64,000 bases of DNA from Acidimicrobiales bacterium (GCA_035294725.1 DATGKK010000019.1:594-64593), one strand, 5' to 3'. Positions 1 to 9,679 are shown, counted from the stretch's first letter. Notes: generated by a model not told the origin, from the letters alone. Translations and numbers: made by a program.

Positions 1-2
1 CC

Positions 3-134
3 GACCTGCTCATCGCCGCCGCCGGCGAAGCCCTCAACCTGACTGTGCTCCACTACGACAGCGACTTCGACCTGATCGCCGAGGTCACAGGCCAGCGCAC
101 CGAGTGGGTCGTGCCAGCCGGGGAAGCTGACTGA
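3..134 (+). CDS. 3' end of a PIN-domain (VapC-type) toxin gene, truncated by the window edge
   Basis: The frame from nt 3 reads [43 protein letters not shown]-stop (TGA 132-134). The IAA..A....L.T.D.DF block resembles the C-terminal conserved segment of VapC PIN nucleases. Confidence 0.55.
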   Translation, partial: DLLIAAAGEALNLTVLHYDSDFDLIAEVTGQRTEWVVPAGEAD

Positions 135-178
135 CCGCAGCTAGAGGCTGGCACCCCTCCTGACCAGCGCCAACAGCG

Positions 179-252
179 TGGGGCTAGCTGGAATCGAACC
201 AGCGACCTCAGCATTATCAGTGCTGCGCTCTAACCGACTGAGCTATAGCCCC
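179..252 (-). tRNA. tRNA-Ile, anticodon GAU
   Basis: The reverse complement folds by eye into a perfect 74-nt cloverleaf: acceptor GGGGCTA/TAGCCCC, D arm GCTC..GAGC, anticodon stem CAGCA/TGCTG with loop CTGATAA, T arm GCTGG-TTCGATT-CCAGC, discriminator A. No CCA is encoded. Confidence 0.92.
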
Positions 253-348
253 GGGGCGAACGGCCAGGCTACACCACGCTCCTGAAGCGAAGGAGGGCCC
301 GGATGAGAGACCACCGACCCCTGCGGGTTGGTCATGAAGTGGCTTTCG

Positions 349-2865
349 CTACTCCGAGCCAGCTGATACCGGTGCCACCGCGGCAACGCTGTGACCCTCG
401 TCCAGGTTCATCAGCCTGACTCCGGTTGCATCACGCCCTTGCGCGGCGATCTCCCGCACGGCCGTTCGGATCACCACGCCGGCCGAGGACACGATGAGGA
501 GCTCGTCGTCGAGCGAGGCCATGATCGCGGCGACGACCCGGCCACGTCGCTGCGTGAGCTTGATCGCCCGGACGCCCTGCCCACCTCGTGCCTGGGCGTG
601 GAAGTGGTCGAGCTTGGTCCGCTTGCCGTAGCCCGCGTCCGTGACGATGAGGAGGTCGACCCCATCCCGTGCGACGTCGCAGGAGACCAGCTCGTCCCCG
701 TCCTTGAGGCGCATGCCCCGCACTCCGGCGGCGCTGCGGCCCATCGGTCGAACCTCGGTCTCCCGAAAGCGGATCCCCATGCCCTGCCGGCTCACCAGCA
801 GCAGCTCGTCGTCGCCGCCCGTCCGGATCACTCTCACCAGCTCGTCGCCGTCGTTCAGGTTGATGGCGATGAAGCCCTCCCGACGGGACTTGTCGTACTC
901 GCTCAGTGGGGTCTTCTTCACCTGCCCCGACTTCGTCGCGAAGAGCAGGAACTCCTCCTCGGCGAACTGCCCGGCCTCGATGATCGCCTGGATGGTCTCG
1001 CCCGCCTCGAGAGGGAGGAGGTTGACCGCCGGCGTGCCTCGTGCGTTCCGGTCCTTGATCGGGATCTCGTGAGCACGGAGTCGGTACACCTTCCCCCGGT
1101 TGGAGAAGAAGAGCAGGTGCGCATGGGCGGTCGTGTGCACGATCTCGTGGACGAGGTCCTCTTCCTTCAGCTTTGCCCCTTGGACCCCTCGACCACCTCG
1201 ACCCTGGGTGCGGAACGCGTCTGCGGAGACGGCCTTCAGGTAGCCGGCGCGAGTGATGGTGATCACCATCTCCTCGTCCTCGATGAGGTCCTCGATGTTG
1301 AGATCGCCCGGGTCGTGGACGAGCCGCGTCCGCCGTTCGTCCGCGAACTTCGCACGGACCTCGGTGAGCTCGCCAGCGATGACGCTGCGGAGGCGGGCGG
1401 GCTCCGTCAGGATCGCCTCGAGCTCCGCGATCTTGGCGTGGAGCTCCTCCAACTCGCCCTCGAGGTCCGACCGGCCGAGACGCGTCAGGCGGGCGAGCGT
1501 CATGTCGAGGATGTGGTTCGCCTGCTCCTCGGAGAACGAGAAGGGCTCGGCCTGCAATGCCTCACGAGCAGCTGCCCGGTCGTCGGATGCCCGGATCGCC
1601 GCGATGACGGCATCCAGCATGTCGATCGCCCGGAGGAGGCCCTCGACAATGTGGGCCCGGGCCCGTGCGCGGCGGAGCTGGTACTCCGAACGGCGCGTGA
1701 CGACCTCGACCTGATGTTCTACGTAGGCACCGACGGCCTGGGCGAGGTTGAGCAGACGCGGCACCCCGTCGACGAGAGCGAGCATGTGGACGCCGAAACT
1801 GGTCTGCATCGGCGTGTACTTGAAGAGGTTGTTGAGGACGACGTTCGCGTTCGCGTCCCGCTTCAAGGTGATGACGAGTCTCGTGTCGTCTCCGGCCGAC
1901 AAGTTCTCGAGGCCGTCGATGCCCGTGATGTCGCCGGCTTCCACCGCCTCGGCGATACGGGTCGAGATACCCTCGACAGAGGTCTGGTAAGGGATCTCCG
2001 TCACGACGATCTGGCTCTTGCCCGCCCGACCCTCCTGGATCTCGGCGACGGCGCGCATCTTCACCGAGCCCCGTCCCGTCCTGTAGGCGTCCAGGATGCC
2101 GGACCGTCCGAGAATGAGCGCGCCGGTTGGGAAGTCGGGACCCTTCACGAACTGCATCAGCTCGTCAGGCGTCGCCTGGGGGTGCTCGAGGTAGTAGATG
2201 GTGGCATCGATGACCTCGCCCAGGTTGTGCGGCGGGATGTTGGTCGCCATCCCCACGGCAATGCCCTGCGACCCGTTGACGAGCAGGTTCGGGAACCGAG
2301 CCGGCAGCACGACGGGTTGCTCGTCGCTCCCGTCGTAGTTGGGAACCATGTCGACGGTCTCCTCGTCGATCCCGTCGAGAAGCACCATGGCGAGCGGCGC
2401 GAGGCGGCACTCGGTGTACCTCGCGGCGGCCGGACCCATGTTCGGACCAGGGGCACCGAAGTCGCCGTGGCCGTCGATCAACGGGTGGCGCAACGAGAAG
2501 GGCTGCACCATACGGGCGAGCGCGTCGTAGATGGCGGCGTCCCCGTGGGGGTGGAAACGGCCCATCACGTCGCCGACCACCCTGGCGCACTTCACAAAGG
2601 GCCGGTCCGGGCGGAGACCCTCGTCGCCCATGGCATAGAGGATGCGCCGGTGAACGGGCTTCAGACCGTCCCGAGCATCGGGGAGCGCGCGCTGGACGAT
2701 GACGGACATGGAGTACTCGAGGAACGAGCGCTCCATCTCCTCTTGGATCTCGATCGGGACGACCCCGAGCGCCGTGCCTCCGCCTCCTGATCCGCTCCCG
2801 CGGGATCCAGAGCCGTTCGTGCCGGGCCCTGAGCCGTTCGTGCCTGAACCGTTCGTGTCAGCCAT
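349..2865 (-). CDS. gyrA: DNA gyrase subunit A
   Basis: 838-aa ORF with RFHPHGD, the catalytic-Tyr block [22 protein letters not shown] and C-terminal beta-pinwheel repeats. It lies directly downstream of gyrB. It carries an N-terminal Gly/Ser/Asn/Thr low-complexity extension. Confidence 0.97.
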   Translation of the reverse strand: MADTNGSGTNGSGPGTNGSGSRGSGSGGGGTALGVVPIEIQEEMERSFLEYSMSVIVQRALPDARDGLKPVHRRILYAMGDEGLRPDRPFVKCARVVGDVMGRFHPHGDAAIYDALARMVQPFSLRHPLIDGHGDFGAPGPNMGPAAARYTECRLAPLAMVLLDGIDEETVDMVPNYDGSDEQPVVLPARFPNLLVNGSQGIAVGMATNIPPHNLGEVIDATIYYLEHPQATPDELMQFVKGPDFPTGALILGRSGILDAYRTGRGSVKMRAVAEIQEGRAGKSQIVVTEIPYQTSVEGISTRIAEAVEAGDITGIDGLENLSAGDDTRLVITLKRDANANVVLNNLFKYTPMQTSFGVHMLALVDGVPRLLNLAQAVGAYVEHQVEVVTRRSEYQLRRARARAHIVEGLLRAIDMLDAVIAAIRASDDRAAAREALQAEPFSFSEEQANHILDMTLARLTRLGRSDLEGELEELHAKIAELEAILTEPARLRSVIAGELTEVRAKFADERRTRLVHDPGDLNIEDLIEDEEMVITITRAGYLKAVSADAFRTQGRGGRGVQGAKLKEEDLVHEIVHTTAHAHLLFFSNRGKVYRLRAHEIPIKDRNARGTPAVNLLPLEAGETIQAIIEAGQFAEEEFLLFATKSGQVKKTPLSEYDKSRREGFIAINLNDGDELVRVIRTGGDDELLLVSRQGMGIRFRETEVRPMGRSAAGVRGMRLKDGDELVSCDVARDGVDLLIVTDAGYGKRTKLDHFHAQARGGQGVRAIKLTQRRGRVVAAIMASLDDELLIVSSAGVVIRTAVREIAAQGRDATGVRLMNLDEGHSVAAVAPVSAGSE
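2810..2859. repeat. Three near-identical 14-nt copies (GAGCCGTTCGTGCC x2, GAACCGTTCGTGTC) at the 5' end of gyrA
   Basis: Copies read directly at 2810-2823, 2831-2844 and 2846-2859. On the coding strand they encode the repeated TNGSG peptide in [20 protein letters not shown]. Confidence 0.8.
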
Positions 2866-2936
2866 GGCGGTGTCGCTCTCTTGAGTCGTCGTTCACACTC
2901 TCGTGGACCGTGCGGCCACCCGGTCCCCGTGCCGGC

Positions 2937-4889
2937 TCAGATGTCGAGGAACCGGACGTCTTTCGCATTGCTCTGGATGAAGTGACGACGGACCTCGACG
3001 TCGTCTCCCATCAAGATGGAGCAGATCTCGTCGGCGATGCTGGCCTGCTCCATCGTCACCTGGAGGAGCGAGCGCTTCTCCCGGTCGATGGTCGTCTCCT
3101 TGAGCTCCGCCCAGTCCATCTCCCCGAGGCCCTTCAGACGGTTGAAGTCCTTGCTGTAGTTCGGGTGCTCCTCGAGGAACCGAGCCTTGGCCAGGTCGTC
3201 TTTCAGGTACACCTTCGCCGTCCCGACCTCGGCCGAGTAGAGCGGCGGCTGGGCGACGTAGATATGACCGGCCTCGACAAAGGGCTTCATCTGGCGGAGG
3301 AAGAAGGTGAGGAGCAGCGTGCGGATGTGCGAGCCGTCGACGTCGGCGTCAGCCAGGATGATGACCTTGTCGTAGCGGATCTTGGAGAGATCGAAGTCGT
3401 CGGCGAGACCAGCGCCGATCGCCATGATGAGCGCCTGGATCTCGGCGTTCTTCAGCATCTTGTCCACGCGGGCCTTCTCGACGTTGAGGATCTTCCCGCG
3501 GATCGGGAGCACCGCCTGGGTGCGCGGGTCTCGCGCCTTCACGGCCGAGCCGGCCGCAGAGTTCCCCTCCACGATGAACAGCTCGCAATCGTCCGGATTG
3601 CGCGACGAGCAGTCGTAGAGCTTGCCCGGCAGGCCGGCGCCGTCGAGCGCGGTCTTGCGCCTGGTCAACTCCTTTGCGTGCTTGGCCGCGATGCGGGCTC
3701 GCTGGGCGTCGAGGCCCTTCTTCACGATCTGGGCGCCCTCTTTCGGGTTCTCCTCGAACCACTCGGCGAGCTTCTCGTTCGTGGCCCGGGCGACGAGCGA
3801 CCGCATGGCGGTGTTGCCGAGCTTGGCCTTGGTCTGCCCCTCGAACTGCGGCTCGGTAAGGCGGACGGAGACGATGGCCGTAAGACCCTCGCGCACGTCC
3901 TCTCCGGCGAGGCTCTCGGCTCCTTCTTTGATGAGGTTGCGGTTCTTCGCGAACTTGTTGACGACCGCCGTCAGCGCCTGGCGGAAGCCGTCTTCATGCA
4001 TGCCGCCCTCGATCGTGGCGATGCCGTTCGCGAAGGAGTAGATCGACTCGTAGTAGCCCGTGTTCCACTGGAGGGCGACCTCGACCTCCTGGTTCTCCTC
4101 GGCCACGACGTAGGAGGCCACGCGCTTGAACAACGGCTCCTTGGTCGCGTTGAGGTGCTTCACGTAGTCGACGATGCCCCCGGAGTAGCGGAAGACCTGG
4201 GGCTCCGGATCGTGACCGGGACGCTCATCCTTGAAGCGGATCTCGAGGTTCTTGTTGAGGAACGCCATCACCTGCAGCCGTTCCGTGATCGTCTGAGCGC
4301 GGAACTCCGTTTCCTCGAAGACCGAAGCGTCCGGCCAGAACGTGACGGTGGTGCCGGTCCGGCCACGCGGGGCGTCGCCGACCACCTCGAGTCCCGTCAC
4401 GGGTTGGCCACCATCGCGGAACTCCATCCGGTGGTGCTTGCCAAGACGGTCAATTTCGAGCACGAGTCGGCTCGACAGCGCGTTGACCACCGACACGCCG
4501 ACTCCGTGGAGGCCGCCGGAGACCTTGTAGCCACCGCCTCCGAACTTGCCGCCGGCGTGAAGCACCGTCAGCACGATCTCGGCGGCGGACTTCCCCTTGT
4601 ACTGAGGATGCTCGTCGACGGGGATCCCGCGACCGTTGTCGACGACTCGGCAGCCCCCGTCGGCCAGAAGCGTCACGTCGATGCGCGTCGCGTACCCTGC
4701 CATGGCCTCGTCCACCGAGTTGTCCACGACCTCCCAGACCAGGTGGTGGAGCCCACTCGGACCCGTGGAGCCGATGTACATGCCCGGCCGCTTGCGGACC
4801 GGTTCGAGACCTTCGAGGACCGTGATGTCGTGGGCGGTGTACTCGGAGCCGATCGCAGTGCGATCCTCGGCCTCGGCGTTCATAACCAC
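2937..4889 (-). CDS. gyrB: DNA gyrase subunit B
   Basis: 650-aa ORF with the GHKL N-box HHLVWEVVDNSVDEAMAG, GLHGVG, the TOPRIM block ELFIVEGNSAAGSA, PIRGKILNVEKA and ADADVDGSHI. Confidence 0.97.
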   Translation of the reverse strand: MVMNAEAEDRTAIGSEYTAHDITVLEGLEPVRKRPGMYIGSTGPSGLHHLVWEVVDNSVDEAMAGYATRIDVTLLADGGCRVVDNGRGIPVDEHPQYKGKSAAEIVLTVLHAGGKFGGGGYKVSGGLHGVGVSVVNALSSRLVLEIDRLGKHHRMEFRDGGQPVTGLEVVGDAPRGRTGTTVTFWPDASVFEETEFRAQTITERLQVMAFLNKNLEIRFKDERPGHDPEPQVFRYSGGIVDYVKHLNATKEPLFKRVASYVVAEENQEVEVALQWNTGYYESIYSFANGIATIEGGMHEDGFRQALTAVVNKFAKNRNLIKEGAESLAGEDVREGLTAIVSVRLTEPQFEGQTKAKLGNTAMRSLVARATNEKLAEWFEENPKEGAQIVKKGLDAQRARIAAKHAKELTRRKTALDGAGLPGKLYDCSSRNPDDCELFIVEGNSAAGSAVKARDPRTQAVLPIRGKILNVEKARVDKMLKNAEIQALIMAIGAGLADDFDLSKIRYDKVIILADADVDGSHIRTLLLTFFLRQMKPFVEAGHIYVAQPPLYSAEVGTAKVYLKDDLAKARFLEEHPNYSKDFNRLKGLGEMDWAELKETTIDREKRSLLQVTMEQASIADEICSILMGDDVEVRRHFIQSNAKDVRFLDI

Positions 4890-5042
4890 GGGCGCGACCT
4901 TCCAGATGGGGTGTCGTTCACTGGCCGGGCCACCTCATGACCGAGAGCGGAGGACGCTCGTTGCGGGTGTCCGACGATGCCTTCATTCTACCGTCTCGGT
5001 GCTGGCCGCCAGAGCATTTTGGGGGTTGCGGCAAGGGAAAAT

Positions 5043-5417
5043 TCACTGCGTTGACCTGGGCCTCACCCTCACGCTGCATCGTGTAGCGACCGGGTAGCCC
5101 AGCTCCTCGGCAAGGCGGGCGAGAACCGTGTCCGACAGCAGCCGCATCTCCGTGGCCCATGCTTGGTCCGGGGCTTCGCAGACGAGCTCTCCAGCGTGTA
5201 GCGCGACGGGGACCACTCGATTGGCTACTTGTTCCCCCACGATCTGCTGCCAGACCGAGGTGATCTCGGCGAGGGCGGCCGCTGCTGAGAGCCCCCTCGC
5301 CCGCAGCACTGAGGAGACGGCGTCTCGGATGGGCGTCAACCCCAACTCCTCCCCTGGAAGGTCGAATCGGCTCTCCTGGCCTGGCTCCCCCCGCGGACGC
5401 GGAATGTCGGTGCTCAT
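5043..5417 (-). CDS. DUF721-type protein in the recF-gyrB slot (DciA-like candidate helicase operator)
   Basis: 124-aa ORF whose start overlaps the recF stop (ATGA). It occupies the position of Rv0004 in M. tuberculosis. Assignment rests on size and synteny, not on strong motifs. Confidence 0.65.
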   Translation of the reverse strand: MSTDIPRPRGEPGQESRFDLPGEELGLTPIRDAVSSVLRARGLSAAAALAEITSVWQQIVGEQVANRVVPVALHAGELVCEAPDQAWATEMRLLSDTVLARLAEELGYPVATRCSVRVRPRSTQ

Positions 5418-6499
5418 GGCAGGATCGCTCCTCGCTCTATCCGGACGACAAGGTCGGGTTGCGCACCCGGCGGCAAGGGTCCGGCTGTGGTGAGGAGCGC
5501 TTGGCCTGGTGGAAGCTCGCCGACGAGTGCTCGGGCTGTTGTCTCGTCGAGCTCGGAAAAGGCGTCGTCGAGGAGGAGAACGGGCGCCGCGCCGGTTACG
5601 TCGCCCACGTACCGATGGAGACCGAGCCGGAGAGCAAGCGCCACGCAGCGCTGTCGCCCCTGGGAGAGCCGGGTCCGTGCGTCGAGGCCTCCGGCGGTGA
5701 TCTCGAGCTCGTCCCGCTGGGGCCCCACCGTGGTGACCTGACGTTTCAGATCCTCGTTCCGGTGTTGCTCGAGCGCCTCGTGAAGCGCGCCCTCGAAGGA
5801 TCGGACGTAGGAGAGAACGAGCGCTCCAGCTTGGGGTGCGAGGACCGAGAACGCCTCTGCCACGAAAGGAGCCGCTCTGTCGATGAGCCGTTCTCGTGCG
5901 GCCACCACTCGCTCCCCCACGGCGGCAAGGCGTTCATCCCAGACATCGAGCGTCATGACTGCCTCGTGCGGGAGGCGGCCGCCGAGTTGGCGGAGGAGGG
6001 TGTTCCTCTGGCGCAGCACTCGCTCGAGCTCAGCTCGATCCCCTCCGAGGCGGGGCCAGGTCGCAAGGACTGCGTCGTCGAGCAGGTCACGGCGCCGGGC
6101 GGGCGGGCCTTTTACCAGGTCTAGGTCATCCGGCGTGAACAGTGTCGTCCGCAGGACCTCGACGAGCTCACGGGGCCCGTTCACGCGGCGGTCGTTGAGC
6201 GTGGCGGTGTCGCGCCGAGCGAGCTCGACGTGGACCTTGATCTCCAAACGACGCTCACCCTGGCAAAGGTCGCAGGAGATCGAGGCGGACGTCTCCCCGG
6301 TCTGGACGAGAGCCTCCCTCGGAACGGAGCGGAACGACTTCAGCACCGAGCAGTAGGAGAGGGCTTCTAGCAAGCTAGTCTTTCCAGCTCCGTTTCCACC
6401 CTGGATGACGGTGAGGCCGCCCGGCGCTGGAACGAGCTCAGCCGTGTCCAGATTGCGGAAGTGCCGAGCGCCGAGGCGGGTGACGTTCGTTACCGTCAC
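5414..6499 (-). CDS. recF: DNA replication and repair protein RecF
   Basis: Walker A GGNGAGKTSLLEAL, ABC/SMC signature LSQGRQRCVALALRL, Walker B LLLDDAFSELD. Canonical position after dnaN. Confidence 0.93.
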   Translation of the reverse strand: MTVTNVTRLGARHFRNLDTAELVPAPGGLTVIQGGNGAGKTSLLEALSYCSVLKSFRSVPREALVQTGETSASISCDLCQGERRLEIKVHVELARRDTATLNDRRVNGPRELVEVLRTTLFTPDDLDLVKGPPARRRDLLDDAVLATWPRLGGDRAELERVLRQRNTLLRQLGGRLPHEAVMTLDVWDERLAAVGERVVAARERLIDRAAPFVAEAFSVLAPQAGALVLSYVRSFEGALHEALEQHRNEDLKRQVTTVGPQRDELEITAGGLDARTRLSQGRQRCVALALRLGLHRYVGDVTGAAPVLLLDDAFSELDETTARALVGELPPGQALLTTAGPLPPGAQPDLVVRIERGAILP

Positions 6500-6539
6500 C
6501 GGAACAGCGGGGTGGTCCGGGGATACCGAGATATCGGTG

Positions 6540-7664
6540 TCAGGCTACCTTGACCGGCATCAACAGATACCGGTACTCGTCCTCGCCCTCTCCCCGAACG
6601 AGCGCGGGCTTTCCCGGATCGTTGAGCTCGAGAACGAGCACGTCAGAACGGAGTGCCTCGACCCCGTCGAGGAGATAGCCGGGATTGAAGGCGATCATGA
6701 CCTCGTCCCCGTCGAAGTCACCTTCGAGCTCCTCAACAGCCCTACCGCTCTCCGGAGTGAGCACTTGCAGCTCGACACCATGCCCACGGAAGGACAGCCT
6801 CACTGGTGTCGTGATGTCCTTGCTGTCCCGGACGAGCAGTCTCACCCGTCGGAGCGCCGTTGCGAAGTCCTCCCGCGGCACGGTCAAGTGGTATGCGTAC
6901 GAGGGCGGCACGAGTCGGTCGACATCAGGGAATTGTCCACGCACGAGACGGGTCGTGATGCGCACGTCGCCGAGCTCAAAGACTGCATCGAGGTCACTGT
7001 GGCGAAACGTGATCCGGTCTTCGTCGCTCTCGCTCGCCTGACCAACGAGGCGCTGTACCTCGGCAAGGGCGCGAGCAGGAACGAGAACCTGCGAGCCATC
7101 CTCAAGAGCGCTCATTCCTTCGAAGTCCCTGAACGCGAGCCGGTACGAGTCGGTGGCAATGAGCCGCAGCCCCTTCTCCGTCGCCTTCATCTGCACTGCG
7201 GTGAGCTGCGGCGCCCTGGAGTCGTCGGTCAGCGCGGCGCGGACCACCTGCCGGAGCCCCTCGGCGAACGTCGCAGCAGGAAGCTCGATCCCCGAGTTCT
7301 CCGGTGAACCGAGGCGCGTGATCTCCGCGCCGGCAGCCACCCGCACGACAAACTCTGCACGACCTGCTGAAAAACGCACCTCCTCATCGACGCCCGCGAC
7401 GGCGACTGCACCGGAGTCGAAAGAGCGCACGATGTCGGTCACGAGGCGCGTCGGCACGAGGACGGTTCCATCCGACTCCCCCGCCACCTGCAAGCGAACC
7501 TCGATGACGAGATCGGGATCCGACCCCACGATCTCAAGGTTCGAAGCCCGCAACGAGAGCTGAAGACCCGGCGCCACACCCGCGAGCGAGGACCGTCCCG
7601 CGGTGGCACGGCTCGCAGTGACGAGAGCCTCGAGAAGCGTGTCGCGATCCGCTCGGAATCTCAC
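6540..7664 (-). CDS. dnaN: DNA polymerase III beta sliding clamp
   Basis: 374 aa with a GTG start and a C-terminal YLLMPVKVA typical of beta clamps. It sits between dnaA and recF. Confidence 0.93.
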   Translation of the reverse strand: MRFRADRDTLLEALVTASRATAGRSSLAGVAPGLQLSLRASNLEIVGSDPDLVIEVRLQVAGESDGTVLVPTRLVTDIVRSFDSGAVAVAGVDEEVRFSAGRAEFVVRVAAGAEITRLGSPENSGIELPAATFAEGLRQVVRAALTDDSRAPQLTAVQMKATEKGLRLIATDSYRLAFRDFEGMSALEDGSQVLVPARALAEVQRLVGQASESDEDRITFRHSDLDAVFELGDVRITTRLVRGQFPDVDRLVPPSYAYHLTVPREDFATALRRVRLLVRDSKDITTPVRLSFRGHGVELQVLTPESGRAVEELEGDFDGDEVMIAFNPGYLLDGVEALRSDVLVLELNDPGKPALVRGEGEDEYRYLLMPVKVA

Positions 7665-7913
7665 GTCGGTCTCTTCTCCTTTTTGATGAGAATTTGAAAG
7701 CAGGAGTAGTAAGGGCTGGGGAGTGTGGAGAACAGTTCGTTATCCCTGGTCAGCGCTGTGCAGTTGTTCGCGCGTTGTCCACAGCTACCCACAGGGCCAC
7801 CCCGTGCCGAGTGCGGGCATGTGGATGGCGACGCAAAAAGAGCCGCTATGTCCACGGCGCCCCGAGCAGCTTTCCACATCGTCGTGGCAGCTTCGGCGCA
7901 ACCCGTCCACAGG
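7665..7913. other. Probable oriC: dnaA-dnaN spacer with an AT-rich stretch and clustered DnaA boxes
   Basis: AT-rich run at about 7670-7713 (CTCTTCTCCTTTTTGATGAGAATTTGAAAGCAGGAGTAGTAAG). DnaA-box-like 9-mers: TTGTCCACA 7775-7783 (actinobacterial consensus), TGTGGAGAA 7724-7732, TGTGGATGG 7820-7828, ATGTCCACG 7848-7856, TTTCCACAT 7871-7879, CCGTCCACA 7903-7911. Confidence 0.65.
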
Positions 7914-9458
7914 TCACTCACCGTTCTTGATCTTCACGATGAGCTGAGTGACCGTGTCGTAGATCTGGCGGCGCTCGCGCATGAGGGCTGAGATCTTGTC
8001 GACGGCATGGATGACCGTGGTGTGGTCGCGATCCCCGAACTCCCTGCCGATCGCCGGATAGCTGTAGTTGGTCAGCTCCCGGAACAGGTACATGGCGATC
8101 TGCCGCGCGATCACGAGCGGTCGGCGCCGGCTGGGTCCACACAGCTCGTCGACCGAGAACCCGAAGTGCCTCGCTGACTCCTCGAGGATCTGGCGAGCGG
8201 TGATGGTACGAGGCTGGCTCGCGGCCACGAGGTCGGAGAGCACGACCTCCGCGAGGTCGCGAGTGAGCGGCTGGCGGTTGAGGGACGCGAACGCGGTGAC
8301 GCGGATGAGCGCGCCTTCGAGCTCGCGGATGTTGTCCTTCACGTTCGACGCGATGAAGTCGAGCACCTCGTCACCAACGACTGCGCCCTCGTGCTCGGCC
8401 TTCGTGCGGAGGATGGCGATGCGAGTCTCGAGCTCAGGAGGCTGGATGTCGGTCGTGAGGCCCGAGAGAAGGCGGCTGCGCAGGCGGTCCTCGAGTGTGG
8501 CGATCGCCTTCGGCGGCCGATCTGACGTGAGGACAATCTGCTTGGAGGCGCCGTAGAGGGAGTTGAAGGTGTGGAACAGCTCTTCCTGCAACGACTCCTT
8601 CTTGTCCATGAACTGGACGTCGTCGAGAAGCAGTACGTCACACTCCCGGTATCGACGCCGGAACTCACCCATGTCCGTCTTCGCCCGGAGAGTCTCGACG
8701 AACTCGTTCATGAAGGTCTCGGTCGACACGTAACGCACGCGCAGGCGGCCGAAGTTCTCCCGTACGTAATTCCCGATGGCCTGGAGCAGATGTGTTTTAC
8801 CGAGGCCGGCACCTCCGTAGATGAACAGCGGGTTGTAGCTGCGGGCGGGCGCTTCGGCTACCGACAGCGCAGCGGCGTGGGCGAATCGGTTTGACGGACC
8901 GATCACGAAGGCGTCGAAGGTGTAGCGGTTCGTGAACGGGACGGCGTCGTCCGAGAGCACCCGGGAGCTCCCGGCGCGGGCGGATGCACCTTGGTGCTGA
9001 GGCTCAGATGCTCCTGCCGGTGCTGGTGGCGCAAAACCGCTGTGGATTTCGGCTAGGCGGTCCTGTTCTTCGGACAGCCCGGCCAAGCTGGACGCCCGCT
9101 GGCCATGAGCGCCCGTCGAGCGGGCGAGCTCGTCCGCGGTGATCGCCACCGGCAGATCGCTGTCCGGTTCGACGACGTCGAGACGGATGGGGTAGTCCCG
9201 GCCGGTGCTGTCGGTGAGCGCGTCGTGGATCAGGGCCTGGAACCGGCCATCAAGGCGATCCCGCACCACGGCGTTCGGCACAGCCAGCACAAGAGTTCCG
9301 TTGGTCACCGCCACGGGGCGAATCTCGGCGAACCACGTCTTCCAGGTTGCGTCGGAGACCTGTTGTTGTAGAGCGAAAGAACACTCGTTCCACAGTTGTT
9401 GGGCCTCAGTCACGAGCTCGGAGCCCCTCAGCTTTCCGTCTTTCCACACGGGATCCAC
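7914..9458 (-). CDS. dnaA: Chromosomal replication initiator DnaA
   Basis: Walker A GGAGLGKTHLLQAIG, Walker B LLLDDVQF, C-terminal DNA-binding signature IAMYLFRELTNYSYPAIGREFGDRDHTTVIHA. The longest-ORF GTG start (9458) lies inside a DnaA-box pair. The in-frame GTG at 9413 (VTEAQQLWNEC...) is an alternative start. Confidence 0.95.
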   Translation of the reverse strand: MDPVWKDGKLRGSELVTEAQQLWNECSFALQQQVSDATWKTWFAEIRPVAVTNGTLVLAVPNAVVRDRLDGRFQALIHDALTDSTGRDYPIRLDVVEPDSDLPVAITADELARSTGAHGQRASSLAGLSEEQDRLAEIHSGFAPPAPAGASEPQHQGASARAGSSRVLSDDAVPFTNRYTFDAFVIGPSNRFAHAAALSVAEAPARSYNPLFIYGGAGLGKTHLLQAIGNYVRENFGRLRVRYVSTETFMNEFVETLRAKTDMGEFRRRYRECDVLLLDDVQFMDKKESLQEELFHTFNSLYGASKQIVLTSDRPPKAIATLEDRLRSRLLSGLTTDIQPPELETRIAILRTKAEHEGAVVGDEVLDFIASNVKDNIRELEGALIRVTAFASLNRQPLTRDLAEVVLSDLVAASQPRTITARQILEESARHFGFSVDELCGPSRRRPLVIARQIAMYLFRELTNYSYPAIGREFGDRDHTTVIHAVDKISALMRERRQIYDTVTQLIVKIKNGE

Positions 9459-9469
9459 AGTTGTGGATG
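9441..9469. promoter_or_regulatory. DnaA-box trio at the dnaA 5' end (likely autoregulation)
   Basis: TTTCCACAC 9441-9449, then GATCCACAG 9452-9460 abutting its inverted partner TTGTGGATG 9461-9469. Confidence 0.5.
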
Positions 9470-9679
9470 GCGTGGAGGTGCCACGCCGGACGGCGCATCC
9501 TACAGCGGGATCCCAGTCCGCGCCGAAGGAAGTTTCCCCTGTTCAGAGAGCAATTCTTGTTGTCGACCAGGGGGTTGTCGCGAGGTTGTCACATTGCGGC
9601 GATCGCGCTAACGTGACGGAGTCCTCCCGGGATGCCTGACCTGTCGCGTCCCTTGATCTCCTGACGAGCGAGAAGCCAG

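Noticed and set aside
391-2790. 799-aa ORF on the plus strand across the whole gyrA locus
   Set aside because: It is the mirror ORF of gyrA, a standard artefact in very GC-rich DNA where stop codons are rare on the antisense strand. The translation is Arg/Asp/Val/Gly-rich with no recognisable motif, whereas the minus-strand frame carries unmistakable GyrA motifs.
2910-4940. 676-aa plus-strand ORF across gyrB
   Set aside because: Same antisense artefact. The minus strand encodes a complete GyrB with GHKL and TOPRIM motifs.
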